The notes under the pieces are model-generated. The model did no database searches, had not been told where the DNA came from, and was given only the letters and a program-made list of their open reading frames with translations. Position numbers and translations under genes: made by a program. Below, piece after piece: positions 26,285 to 35,602 of a DNA stretch of 64,000 nt. The stretch spans positions 1-64,000 of the IMG/VR virus record IMGVR_UViG_3300003322_000730; one strand, given 5' to 3'. Numbering within the stretch: the first letter of the stretch is position 1; every line of letters starts with the position of its first letter. Origin of the DNA: a virus.

Positions 26285-26513
26285 AAGCAAGCTTCAGATC
26301 AAGCGCTTCGGGACCAAGATGACCCCGGAAGAATGCTTTCGTTTGTTTGAGATCATTTTGGAGAATAACAAGGAGCTTTATATGCATGAAGCCTATGAGA
26401 TTCTGGAGAACCACTGTATCGAAGAAGGGCTTCTGTTGAGCTATTCCAACTTCTATGCGTTCAAGAATTCTTATTACCGGAGAATACACAGTATGAACAA
26501 GGTGGCAGTGTAG
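26211..26513 (+). CDS. hypothetical protein
   Basis: Follows terL; start uncertain. Confidence 0.55.
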   Translation: MEMTETSSRASQTVAGGKGLNTIDKSKLQIKRFGTKMTPEECFRLFEIILENNKELYMHEAYEILENHCIEEGLLLSYSNFYAFKNSYYRRIHSMNKVAV

Positions 26514-26563
26514 TTGTCTTGTTCGCTTCCTCGTTGTATATTTGCCAAGTAACCTTCGCAGAC

Positions 26564-27358
26564 ATGGACAACAGGCCGGCCAGAATAACCAAGAACATCA
26601 TAGCTTTCCGGGGCTCCTCCCGATCGATCAAGATCAATTTTCCAACTGGCTATGATCTCGCCGATTTGTCTGTATCCTTCAAAGTAGACCGACTGCCATA
26701 TGACCTGCAAATTATCCCAACTACTTCCAATATAACCGGATTTACTCAGGTAGAGATACTGCTTTCGGCAGAACAAGTCCGTTTACTTCCCAACTTCATT
26801 GATTTCTACCTTTTCCGAGGAGAAGAGGCGATTCTTCAAGGCGCCATAACGCCGCGGATGGGAGGTGAAGATAATGTCCCAGACGATGGGGAAGTATATG
26901 AAGTTATCTTGTCAGAGGGAGATATTACGGTAGTGGAGATAATGGGGCTAGATTTGGTGACAGCGCAGGTAACTATAGCCACCCAAAAAGCAAATGAAGC
27001 GTCTGTTAGTGCTGCCCAGTCTTCTGAATGGGCGCAGGTATCACAGGATTTTTCGGCATCGGCTCAAAGCTCAGCTACTACGGCCACAAATGCTAAAAAC
27101 CAAGCGCAAGCCGCACAAACTGCTTCGGCTCAGGCTAAATCAGATGCGGAGGCGGCGAGGGACATAGCTATTCAATCCAGGCCATCGAGGATTTCCACAT
27201 TTGCTACAATGTTGGCGCTTTGTGTAGCTAACCAACCAAGACTATTTACTGTGGCTTCTGACGAACTTCAGGGAGACACTAATGTGCCCTACACTTGGGA
27301 CGGTGCTGTTCTTTTGGAATATGGATTAACACCATGCGACACTCAACCTGTCATATAA
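26564..27358 (+). CDS. fibre or anchor protein (BppU-like N-terminus plus Ala-rich coiled coil)
   Basis: N-terminus similar to 51941-53971; A/S/Q-rich heptads; TATATTTG box at 26537-26544. Confidence 0.7.
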   Translation: MDNRPARITKNIIAFRGSSRSIKINFPTGYDLADLSVSFKVDRLPYDLQIIPTTSNITGFTQVEILLSAEQVRLLPNFIDFYLFRGEEAILQGAITPRMGGEDNVPDDGEVYEVILSEGDITVVEIMGLDLVTAQVTIATQKANEASVSAAQSSEWAQVSQDFSASAQSSATTATNAKNQAQAAQTASAQAKSDAEAARDIAIQSRPSRISTFATMLALCVANQPRLFTVASDELQGDTNVPYTWDGAVLLEYGLTPCDTQPVI

Positions 27359-28258
27359 ATGAGCTTTTTCACTAAAACGGCGCAGGCAATTGGGGAGTAC
27401 CTGCAATCCGTTAATACACCAACATATGACCCGCAGATATCCGGTGTGCTAGATGACGGCACTAACGAAGGCTCAATACGCGCTAAACTTGTTACTGGCG
27501 AGCTGGTTAAAGTACCGTTGTCGGCCATTGATTATTCTACGGTTATTTCTGGATCGGCAACTGTCTCAGATCTTTTCAACATTTACACCAACGGGGACGG
27601 CACGGGTCAGATAGTTAACATGTCTACGGTAGCTGGGCTGGGAACAAATGCATGCGCATTAAGAACCGTAATTTATGGCCGGGTGGTTGGCGTTCGATAC
27701 AGAAGAAACTCTTCTACGCCTGCTTTTTCTGTACTGATTGATGGCACTCCATACGGGGTTCCAGCTTACAATACCGCTCCACGCTTTACCAACTCTTCGG
27801 GCCCGGCAGATAGGGAGGCACTTTTTATTATCGCCGATGACCTTACGGATACTGCTCATAGTGTTGAAATTGTTTTGTATCCTGACGCATCTGTTGCTAA
27901 AACACTGATTGTTTACGGGTTCACTGCTGAGCGCCGGGCGGGGTATCTTCCTGCTGACCGGATCGATGTTATTTATAGCCAAGGGACTCTTACGAATGCT
28001 TCGGTAGCCGTTCCAGGATCAACGAGCGTTCGTTCTATAAAATATATATGGTATCAAAATACAGACTTAACTAATCCACATAGAGTTACAGTCAATTTCA
28101 ACAGCGTGTCTTCTTGGTCTAAAATGATTGCCGCAGGCGATACCGAGATACTTAGAATATCTGAGGTAGGAGCAACATTGAGCGGGAACAGCTCAACATG
28201 GAGTCATTTAGCTGACGCGAATAGTGTGGTCAAGTTTACATGCATAGGTAACGGATAA
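27359..28258 (+). CDS. beta-sandwich virion or receptor-binding protein
   Basis: S/T/G-rich; FSVLIDG...LTDTAHSVEI resembles jelly-roll domains that accompany SGNH esterases. Confidence 0.6.
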   Translation: MSFFTKTAQAIGEYLQSVNTPTYDPQISGVLDDGTNEGSIRAKLVTGELVKVPLSAIDYSTVISGSATVSDLFNIYTNGDGTGQIVNMSTVAGLGTNACALRTVIYGRVVGVRYRRNSSTPAFSVLIDGTPYGVPAYNTAPRFTNSSGPADREALFIIADDLTDTAHSVEIVLYPDASVAKTLIVYGFTAERRAGYLPADRIDVIYSQGTLTNASVAVPGSTSVRSIKYIWYQNTDLTNPHRVTVNFNSVSSWSKMIAAGDTEILRISEVGATLSGNSSTWSHLADANSVVKFTCIGNG

Positions 28259-29475
28259 TGAGAAAGCAGCAAACCAATCCTTCGCGCAAGAAGATTTACC
28301 CTATTCTCGCGATAGGTCACAGTCAATCTGATCCAAGAGCTACTTACGGCGTCCCTCCCGAAAGGATGTGGTATAGCTTGCTTTCGAATCATTTGAATAA
28401 ACTCGGGTGTCTGACGATTCCGAAGGTATTTGCTATTAGTGGTCAAACGGCAGCACAGTTTCTAGGAAGGTCGGATGTCTTTTTCATGTACCCTGAAAAG
28501 CCAGGCATTATATGTCTGGATGGAGATGTGAACGGCCCAAATGATACCGAGACCGGAACTGCACAGGCAGGATCTGCTAATACTATCACACTACGATCAG
28601 CAGCCACTACGGTATTAAATTCATTCGTTGGCAGTGTCATTAGTATAACGTCAGGCACTGGATCTGGTCAGAGCAAAACCATAATTAGTTATTCGGGGAC
28701 AGGTCAGATCGCAACGGTAGACAGCAACTGGTCTGTTACTCCAAATAACACATCGGTTTATTCCATTGCCGCACCGACGCAATCAGCCATGCAGGCCACT
28801 CAACAGGCGCTCATTAAAGTAGCAAAGTATGCGGTAGTGGGATACGGAGCTGGCTTAGGACTTGGGGTTTCTCTATGGAATCAATCACAGCTCCCACCCA
28901 ATGGGTTTCCTGGACAGAGGTTTGTGATTATGCAGGATAACAACAACGGTTCAGGCGCAGCAAAAACTTTATCTACCCAGCACGATAATGTCGCAGGTAA
29001 TTACTCTTCTTCCCCTATTCAATCGGTTTGGGAATATCGAAACCCACAAGCTGGTGTAGCTGGTTGGGGCCGGGTGGCTATTAATACTACGCCCACTTTC
29101 TCTGAGGGGGTTTCGAAGGTGATTATATCGGGTAGCAATTATCTAAACTATTCATCTGGCGGGGACAACTGGAATCCAAATACTTCGTCAGGAACACAAT
29201 ACACGCCTTATGTATCAGTAAGGGCAGCTAGTCTTGCGGCAGCACAGGCCGAAAGTGTTATTTACTGTGACGACTACGATTACTACGCAAAACTGATTTG
29301 GGGCGGAACGTATGAGGGACAAACGGTAGTAGCCGAAACCACGCAGGGCTCTAACTCCTGGCACTACACGGCAGGCAACCAACACCACAACCAGTATGGT
29401 CATGAAGTGAAAGCCAGGGCTGTGTTGTTAAAGATCAATAATCAATCTAATTGGATCACCGATTTAAGCAGTTAA
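28258..29475 (+). CDS. SGNH/GDSL hydrolase-like protein with inserted beta domain
   Basis: Block I IGHSQS, block II AISGQT, block III VN, block V QHHNQYGH; insert ITSGTGSGQSKTI...ATVDSNW. Confidence 0.7.
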   Translation: MRKQQTNPSRKKIYPILAIGHSQSDPRATYGVPPERMWYSLLSNHLNKLGCLTIPKVFAISGQTAAQFLGRSDVFFMYPEKPGIICLDGDVNGPNDTETGTAQAGSANTITLRSAATTVLNSFVGSVISITSGTGSGQSKTIISYSGTGQIATVDSNWSVTPNNTSVYSIAAPTQSAMQATQQALIKVAKYAVVGYGAGLGLGVSLWNQSQLPPNGFPGQRFVIMQDNNNGSGAAKTLSTQHDNVAGNYSSSPIQSVWEYRNPQAGVAGWGRVAINTTPTFSEGVSKVIISGSNYLNYSSGGDNWNPNTSSGTQYTPYVSVRAASLAAAQAESVIYCDDYDYYAKLIWGGTYEGQTVVAETTQGSNSWHYTAGNQHHNQYGHEVKARAVLLKINNQSNWITDLSS

Positions 29476-29476
29476 T

Positions 29477-29704
29477 ATGGACACAAAACTAGAATTTACA
29501 ACTGACTTCCTGATTAGTCGTGGATTTTCCGAGAAATCACAGGGCTATTATGTATCGCAAGATGCTCCGCACGGGGCTGAAATTTATGTGAACTACTATC
29601 CGGGAGATGTTTCCTTCGGGATAGGCGGTATTTCTTTTGTGGTGCCAGATTGCACGAAAGAGGATCACATTGACAGATTGATCAAGTTCTTGAATATAGG
29701 ATAG
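29477..29704 (+). CDS. hypothetical protein
   Basis: Packed ORF. Confidence 0.6.
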   Translation: MDTKLEFTTDFLISRGFSEKSQGYYVSQDAPHGAEIYVNYYPGDVSFGIGGISFVVPDCTKEDHIDRLIKFLNIG

Positions 29705-29862
29705 CGATGCGCGCGCTAGTCTTAAAGATCGCTATCTTTCTTTTATACTTTCCACTTCTGTGTCATTCTCAGGAGATAAGAGAGCGCATCCCTGACAGCA
29801 CCTACACTGCTGGATGGATATTGTTAACACAATAGCCACAAAGACAAAGTTAGATTTGTTGT

Positions 29863-29893
29863 CTTGACATTGCTTTTCATGAAGTTATATTTG
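29863..29893 (+). promoter_or_regulatory. structural-operon promoter
   Basis: CTTG-N19-TATATTTG; a second TAGATTTG at 29851-29858. Confidence 0.75.
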
Positions 29894-29898
29894 CTTCC

Positions 29899-30001
29899 AG
29901 CATGTAGTCGAGTTTCCCTTACTGTATTATCAAGGCGGTAGAGACGCCACTTTGATAAATACAGTTTCTCTCGAAGCCCGGCTACTTCCGACGACATGCT
30001 A
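29899..30001 (+). promoter_or_regulatory. structured 5' leader
   Basis: AGCATGTAGTCG pairs with CGACGACATGCT; inner hairpin ACTGTATT-ATCAAG/TTTGAT-AATACAGT. Confidence 0.6.
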
Positions 30002-30032
30002 CGTAGTCAGAAACGCTAATCCAAATATATTC

Positions 30033-30659
30033 ATGGCAGTCACTTTATATGCTTGTCCAACGCCGACGGCACTCCCCGATGTAGACCCACCAGGTTGCAC
30101 AGTACAATATGGCAACATCATTGCCGTAGCCTTCCAAATAAAGCAGGCAACTCCGTCTTTCGATGCCACCACCATTAAGGCCCAAGCAACATGGACTCCG
30201 CTTTTAGCGTCCACTACTGCTACTGGCATCCGCTTGGTGCCTGCCAACAACTATACTACAACCCCAGGGGAGGCTATCACTGAGGGGGGTAACGATCAGA
30301 CTACTTTCCGTGGCCGTAAGAAGCTGAAATATGTAGGGTACACTGACGTGAACTTTGTGATGGAAGGTGTGTCTCCTGCGTTTGCAACATCCGTTCGTGA
30401 TCTTACCAAGTTCAGTGCACAGGCCGGACAGCGCAGCGTACTTCGCGCATTCTTGTTGACTGACGAAGATTATGTCATTTCCGCCAGCGATTTCAACGGC
30501 CTTGATATTCACGCATTGATTGTGATGGATGCTACCCAAGGCGGTTCTTACAAGCCAAGCAACGACTATGGAGTGATGTTCAGCCTTGACTATGGCTGGT
30601 CTCACGACATGATCGGAACGAAAGCCAGCTTTGACGTATCACTGCTTCAAAACCCATAA
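30033..30659 (+). CDS. probable major tail (tube) protein
   Basis: CP.P.ALP...C...G.I..VAFQ N-terminus recalled from Bacteroidota siphovirus structural proteins; no other tube candidate in the window; start re-called at 30033. Confidence 0.6.
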   Translation: MAVTLYACPTPTALPDVDPPGCTVQYGNIIAVAFQIKQATPSFDATTIKAQATWTPLLASTTATGIRLVPANNYTTTPGEAITEGGNDQTTFRGRKKLKYVGYTDVNFVMEGVSPAFATSVRDLTKFSAQAGQRSVLRAFLLTDEDYVISASDFNGLDIHALIVMDATQGGSYKPSNDYGVMFSLDYGWSHDMIGTKASFDVSLLQNP

Positions 30660-30661
30660 CC

Positions 30662-30883
30662 ATGGCTAAGAAACAAATAGAGCCATCGGGCCCGGAAAAA
30701 GGGTTCACTCGCCTAGAGAAAACAGGTCCAGATGGTGGATTCATTGACCTTCCTGAAAAAGATGCCAAGCGTTTGCTATCTTTGGAAAAAAAACTAGGTA
30801 TAGAGAATTACGTTTTACCAGCAACAGATGGCGACCCTGGATCAGAATCAGATACAACAAGTATGGGAGAAGCCGAAAAATAA
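30662..30883 (+). CDS. small hypothetical protein
   Basis: Fills the gap before the portal. Confidence 0.55.
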   Translation: MAKKQIEPSGPEKGFTRLEKTGPDGGFIDLPEKDAKRLLSLEKKLGIENYVLPATDGDPGSESDTTSMGEAEK

Positions 30884-32585
30884 ATCGGCAATTGATAGGG
30901 CCGACCTGGATAACAAGAGACAGTTGTTCCATGCGCAGCTATCAGTTGACAGAAATGATTCGAACTCATACCTGAATACGTATCTTTCATGGATCAGGGG
31001 GATTCTCAATAACGACGAGAAATTCTATAAGTTCGACAGCCTGCTTGCCTTCCCATTGGCATCTAATCACCTTATCAGTAAGGCGACAGATGAATGGAAC
31101 AAGGTTTTCAAGGCTCAGGACCGGGTAGAAGAATATAATTTTACGGAAGATGAAGCGGCGATAGACTTCCAGGCGTTCCTTGACAAAATTAATTTCCGCG
31201 CTACAATCGAACAGAACCTGTTCACCAAAGTAAAGCAGGCGGTCAATACCATAGCGGTAGTTGATATTCCTGTGATTACAGAGGGTGTGACAGGACTTTC
31301 TGAGCCATACGTTTACTTCATTGAAACGGGCCGGCTCAGGGATGTAGACGTTGACCATTCAGGTGCCATCAAATACGTGATGTTTGAGCGCGGCAAAAAG
31401 GGCGATCCTGATCACCGGGTAGTGTTCATCGATGAGGAGTATTACCGGGTATACCGGTTCCCCGAGAACTCAGAGATGTTGATTTTGGAAACAGAGTCGG
31501 CGCATGAGCTCGGTTATTGCCCGGCTGCGTTCTTGTGGAGTGATGTGGTTGATCCGGATAACCCGATCCGTAGATATAACTCCGTGTTGGAAATCTGTGA
31601 TGTGCTGGATGAATATGTGATGTGGAAGACCTTTGGGGATCACGTGGATCTCTATTCGTCCTTTCCGATCATGTGGAAATACAGCAATGAGTGCGATGAC
31701 AGTGATGTCGAAAAGAGCCCATACGGAGTTCCCATAGAATACGATCAGTTTGGTCGGCCGATACGGAAGACTCAAGATGATTACATTGGGCCCGGACATC
31801 AGATAGACTTAACATTACCAGTCGGCGAAGGGGCAAACATGGGAGTGCCTGTTGGATTTGTTGATCCTAAGCCGGCGCTATTGGAATACAACCAAGAGAA
31901 ACTCAGAAGGAAAGAGGTTCAGATTATCAAGCACCTTACCGGTGTCGACAATGAGATCCAGAATGAGAAAGCCTTCAACGAATCGCAGATCCGTTCTCAG
32001 TATGAGACAAGGCATTCAGTGCTCCGGTATTGGGCTGAGAACATGCAGGCGATCCACACGTTCCTTGTGAGCACGATTGCAAAGCTGCGATACCGGGATG
32101 TGTTTGAAAGTGCCACGATCGACTACGGGATGGATTACTTCCTGTACGATACGATTACCGCGGATGTGGATTACAAAGCAGCGAAAGAAGCCGGACTTGC
32201 TCAATCGATCATCATGTTCCGCAGGGAGATCGTTCAGCAGATTGAAACACGCAACTCTCCGAACAAGAAATCCAGACTTGACCTGCTCATTGAACTGGAG
32301 CCTTATGTGGATGTTGACCTGAGTAGAATTGACAAAGGAATCCCGGAATACGAACTAAAAGCCAACTTCCAGCTTTACATTAACAAATTTGAGAGGGAGA
32401 ACGGGGATATAGTCAGATTTGGCAAGGATATTGACTATGAGGATAAAATTGCACTAATACTTAAAACACTTTACGGATATGTCAAAGAAAACAGAAAATA
32501 CCAAGAAAGCAACAGACTCGCAGACCCAGCGCTACGGCAACCTGGACAAGGAAAAGAAGTACCCGTTTCCAGCGGCGTGGCTTGA
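30828..32585 (+). CDS. portal protein
   Basis: 585 aa, HELGYCPA motif typical of SPP1-like portals, position before scaffold and capsid. Confidence 0.85.
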   Translation: MATLDQNQIQQVWEKPKNKSAIDRADLDNKRQLFHAQLSVDRNDSNSYLNTYLSWIRGILNNDEKFYKFDSLLAFPLASNHLISKATDEWNKVFKAQDRVEEYNFTEDEAAIDFQAFLDKINFRATIEQNLFTKVKQAVNTIAVVDIPVITEGVTGLSEPYVYFIETGRLRDVDVDHSGAIKYVMFERGKKGDPDHRVVFIDEEYYRVYRFPENSEMLILETESAHELGYCPAAFLWSDVVDPDNPIRRYNSVLEICDVLDEYVMWKTFGDHVDLYSSFPIMWKYSNECDDSDVEKSPYGVPIEYDQFGRPIRKTQDDYIGPGHQIDLTLPVGEGANMGVPVGFVDPKPALLEYNQEKLRRKEVQIIKHLTGVDNEIQNEKAFNESQIRSQYETRHSVLRYWAENMQAIHTFLVSTIAKLRYRDVFESATIDYGMDYFLYDTITADVDYKAAKEAGLAQSIIMFRREIVQQIETRNSPNKKSRLDLLIELEPYVDVDLSRIDKGIPEYELKANFQLYINKFERENGDIVRFGKDIDYEDKIALILKTLYGYVKENRKYQESNRLADPALRQPGQGKEVPVSSGVA

Positions 32586-33039
32586 TAAGGATGTTGTTGT
32601 CGTGAAACAGGAGGCTTTGCGCGACATTTATGGCAACGGTCAACTCGTGGCGATCCCACATGCTCACCCGGTTCAGGTTTATCCTAAGCAGACCTATGAT
32701 GCATTGTCTATCGTTCCGGTAGGCGCCAAACAAAATGGCTTTGCTGATCAGGGACTGCAGGTGACTCCGCTTCACAGCACTTCCGAGCCCGACGAGGACA
32801 TCCAGTGGGCAACCAATCCGCCAGCGGCCAACGTAGCGCTCACTGAGTTCGATGAAGCAGCCAAGAAAGCTGTTGCCATGGTAGAGAAAGGCACCGACCA
32901 GACTCCTGCCGAAGAGTTCAAAGAAAAATCAGACGAAGCTGCCAAAGAAGAAGGGACTTTGGTTGACGAGGATGAAGAAATTGCCAAGGCTATCGAAGCT
33001 GAAGAAGCTGACAAAAAGAAAGCCAACGGCAAAAAATAG
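32479..33039 (+). CDS. hypothetical head-module protein with acidic tail
   Basis: Between portal and scaffold. Confidence 0.7.
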   Translation: MSKKTENTKKATDSQTQRYGNLDKEKKYPFPAAWLDKDVVVVKQEALRDIYGNGQLVAIPHAHPVQVYPKQTYDALSIVPVGAKQNGFADQGLQVTPLHSTSEPDEDIQWATNPPAANVALTEFDEAAKKAVAMVEKGTDQTPAEEFKEKSDEAAKEEGTLVDEDEEIAKAIEAEEADKKKANGKK

Positions 33040-33062
33040 TTTTCACTTAAATAATCGATTAC

Positions 33063-33944
33063 ATGCCACTTAAAGTAAAGAATGAAGAAGGTGTAGAGAT
33101 TGAGGTAGACCTTGATCAATACGCCGATGACGTAAAGGCCCACTTAGAGGGAAAGGGCCTTGTATGGAAGACCCAAGCAGAGCTGGATGCCGAATGGAAG
33201 GCCCGTGAGACAGAGACGATCAACACGACTACCAAAAAGGTTCACGGCGAATGGGAGGGTAAAGTAGAGGGTATCGTAGGGGAGAAGCGCCCTGATGGGG
33301 TTAAGGGTCTTGACTGGGCAACCGGTCACCTGACAAAGCTCAAAGAAAAGGCCAGTACTCCACCGCCGGTAGAACAACCGAAAGGTACTGTTGAAAGCGA
33401 TGCCCTGAAAGCACAATTGAAACAAACGCAGGATGAACTGGCCAACTTCAAGTCCTCTATTGAGAACAAGGAGAAGGAGGCCAAGAATCTAGCGAAAAAG
33501 ACCGCATTGAAGTCTTCGATCAAAGCGCTGAACCTGTTGGGAGATTCTCCGGCAGAGAAGGCAGAAATGGCAGCGGGACTGGAAACCATTATTGGCTCCA
33601 AATATCGGCTGGAATTTGACGAAGATGGAGACCTGGCCCTTTATGACGGGGAGAATCTAGTGACAGATCCTGACGCAGGGAATGCGCCGATGAGAATCGA
33701 TAAGTTGGTGAAGGATAAGTTCAAAAACTTCCTTGCGGCCCCGAAAGAACAACCAAAGCCAACCGGCGGCAGCGGCACCAAACAAGAGGATGTAGGTGGC
33801 GTTACTTCGGATGGTACCCAATTCTTCAAGGGCAAGTCCCGAGATGAAATAAGGGAGAAAATGCAGGCAAAAGGATTCATCATGGGGTCACCGGCATACA
33901 ACAAGGTGATGGCCGAGTCCTTGAAGCAGAGTGGGCTCGAGTAA
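33063..33944 (+). CDS. capsid scaffolding protein
   Basis: Charged coiled coil, GGSG linker near the C-terminus, directly before the capsid gene. Confidence 0.8.
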   Translation: MPLKVKNEEGVEIEVDLDQYADDVKAHLEGKGLVWKTQAELDAEWKARETETINTTTKKVHGEWEGKVEGIVGEKRPDGVKGLDWATGHLTKLKEKASTPPPVEQPKGTVESDALKAQLKQTQDELANFKSSIENKEKEAKNLAKKTALKSSIKALNLLGDSPAEKAEMAAGLETIIGSKYRLEFDEDGDLALYDGENLVTDPDAGNAPMRIDKLVKDKFKNFLAAPKEQPKPTGGSGTKQEDVGGVTSDGTQFFKGKSRDEIREKMQAKGFIMGSPAYNKVMAESLKQSGLE

Positions 33945-34017
33945 AAATTGCTACTGCCTGGGGAACTTTGACGACGACATGCTAATCGATTGTTAAAAAA
34001 TTAACACAATTCAACCC

Positions 34018-35043
34018 ATGGCATTAACATTAACATTGCTTGAAAAAGCGGTTCAGCCGTCTACCGAGATGATGCAGTCCTTCGAGAACCGTGTTCCGAA
34101 GGACAACGTAATCAATGCATTCAAATCTGGTACCAATGCTGTAATCGACCCACAGGCTTACATTGAAGCCAAAGCCTCCCTGCGCCGCCCTGTTGACATT
34201 GCGGTGGTGAAATCAGAGTCGTACTTCGTCAATACTGTACGTGAGATGAACCCGACGCCGAACACTGTCAGCACCGCGAAAGTGCCTTTGACATTCGTGA
34301 CAAAGACATTCAGCTTCCAGTTGTCTGAGCCTCTTGCTGCCGACAATTATATCCGCTACGAACGTCTGTTCCAACAAGCGGTTTTCGATGGTGTATGGTC
34401 TGCGATGATCCGCGACAACACCAAATCCTTGGAGGTTACCGCGATCTCTTACCTGGAAGCCAACAAGTGGGCAGTTCCGCCTACCTCCAATGTTCCAGGC
34501 GTAACTGTTGGTACTGGCGCCTACGAGATGGACCCGGATGATTATATCATCAAAGCCCCTGTTGTAATGCGTGAGCTGAATATGTTCCCGCGCTTCATGG
34601 ATATTGGCAACGTGGCATCAATGGCCCGTCAGCGCGACATTGCAACTTTCGGACGGTACAACAACCGCAACTTGGATCAGTACAATGACCAGATGGACTT
34701 CTATTACTCGAACCGTATCGCGCCGACTTCCGGGGCAACCGAGACGCACTTCGTAGTCCCTGAGAATTCACTGGGCATCCTGAACTGGGTGGAATGGGAT
34801 GCGCGTAACAACACGCAGACTGACACTGGTCGCTTCACTACTGTTCAAGATCCGTACTTCGGGTTTGACTGGGGTGTGTATATCACCAAGGGCCGTGCTG
34901 ATCAGAGCGCGGATGGTGGCGTAGGTTTGGAGCGTGCTTCCAACATTCGGTACGACTTCGCGGCATCCTTTGCCTTCGTTTCGCCGTACTCTTCTGTTGC
35001 CGGCACATCTCCGATCGTGAAGATGGATCTCGTAGAAGTATAA
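34018..35043 (+). CDS. major capsid protein
   Basis: 341 aa, position after scaffold, C-ending codon preference suggesting high expression, downstream hairpin. Confidence 0.8.
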   Translation: MALTLTLLEKAVQPSTEMMQSFENRVPKDNVINAFKSGTNAVIDPQAYIEAKASLRRPVDIAVVKSESYFVNTVREMNPTPNTVSTAKVPLTFVTKTFSFQLSEPLAADNYIRYERLFQQAVFDGVWSAMIRDNTKSLEVTAISYLEANKWAVPPTSNVPGVTVGTGAYEMDPDDYIIKAPVVMRELNMFPRFMDIGNVASMARQRDIATFGRYNNRNLDQYNDQMDFYYSNRIAPTSGATETHFVVPENSLGILNWVEWDARNNTQTDTGRFTTVQDPYFGFDWGVYITKGRADQSADGGVGLERASNIRYDFAASFAFVSPYSSVAGTSPIVKMDLVEV

Positions 35044-35098
35044 AATAATCAACTTGGGGGTATCGCGAAACACGATATCCCCGCAACACTTTGATCAG

Positions 35099-35533
35099 AT
35101 GAAAAAGATTTTGCTTTTACTTTTTGCTTTTACGGTCACTATCGCAACTGCATTGGCCCAGGAAATACGTGAGGTCTCGTTGATCTCTGAAACAAATGCG
35201 ACGTTGACAGACACGGTAACCAACACCGGGGTAAAGATTGTTGCAACACCGAACACTCCTGGATTCTGGGATTTGGCCGGCGTCAGCGTGACAATCACCA
35301 AAATTTCGGGGACGGTAGCTGGGGTAGCCAGGCTGGTAGGTAGTTATGATGGAACGAACTTCTTTCGAATTGTCCCCACAGACTCTTTGAATGCGGCAAA
35401 CGTTACTACAAATATCAAGTCATTTGTTGTCACCAGTTATCCTTATAAGTACTTGGGAGTGCAATACACCGGAACTGGTACAATGGCAGCCAAGCTGAAC
35501 GCTACCGCGATCTTTAAGCGGGCCAAACGCTGA
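35099..35533 (+). CDS. putative capsid decoration protein with Sec signal peptide
   Basis: MKKILLLLFAFTVTIATALA|Q leader; all-beta body with L.GSYDG.NF; follows the capsid gene and precedes a terminator. Confidence 0.65.
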   Translation: MKKILLLLFAFTVTIATALAQEIREVSLISETNATLTDTVTNTGVKIVATPNTPGFWDLAGVSVTITKISGTVAGVARLVGSYDGTNFFRIVPTDSLNAANVTTNIKSFVVTSYPYKYLGVQYTGTGTMAAKLNATAIFKRAKR

Positions 35534-35558
35534 TTAACACCTCATTTTGGAATCACAG

Positions 35559-35589
35559 AAAGATACCTTACTTTTAGGGTATCTTTTTT
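35559..35589 (+). terminator. intrinsic terminator ending the capsid/decoration unit
   Basis: AAAGATACCT...GGGTATCTTTTTT. Confidence 0.8.
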
Positions 35590-35602
35590 GCTTTATAAGC
35601 CA

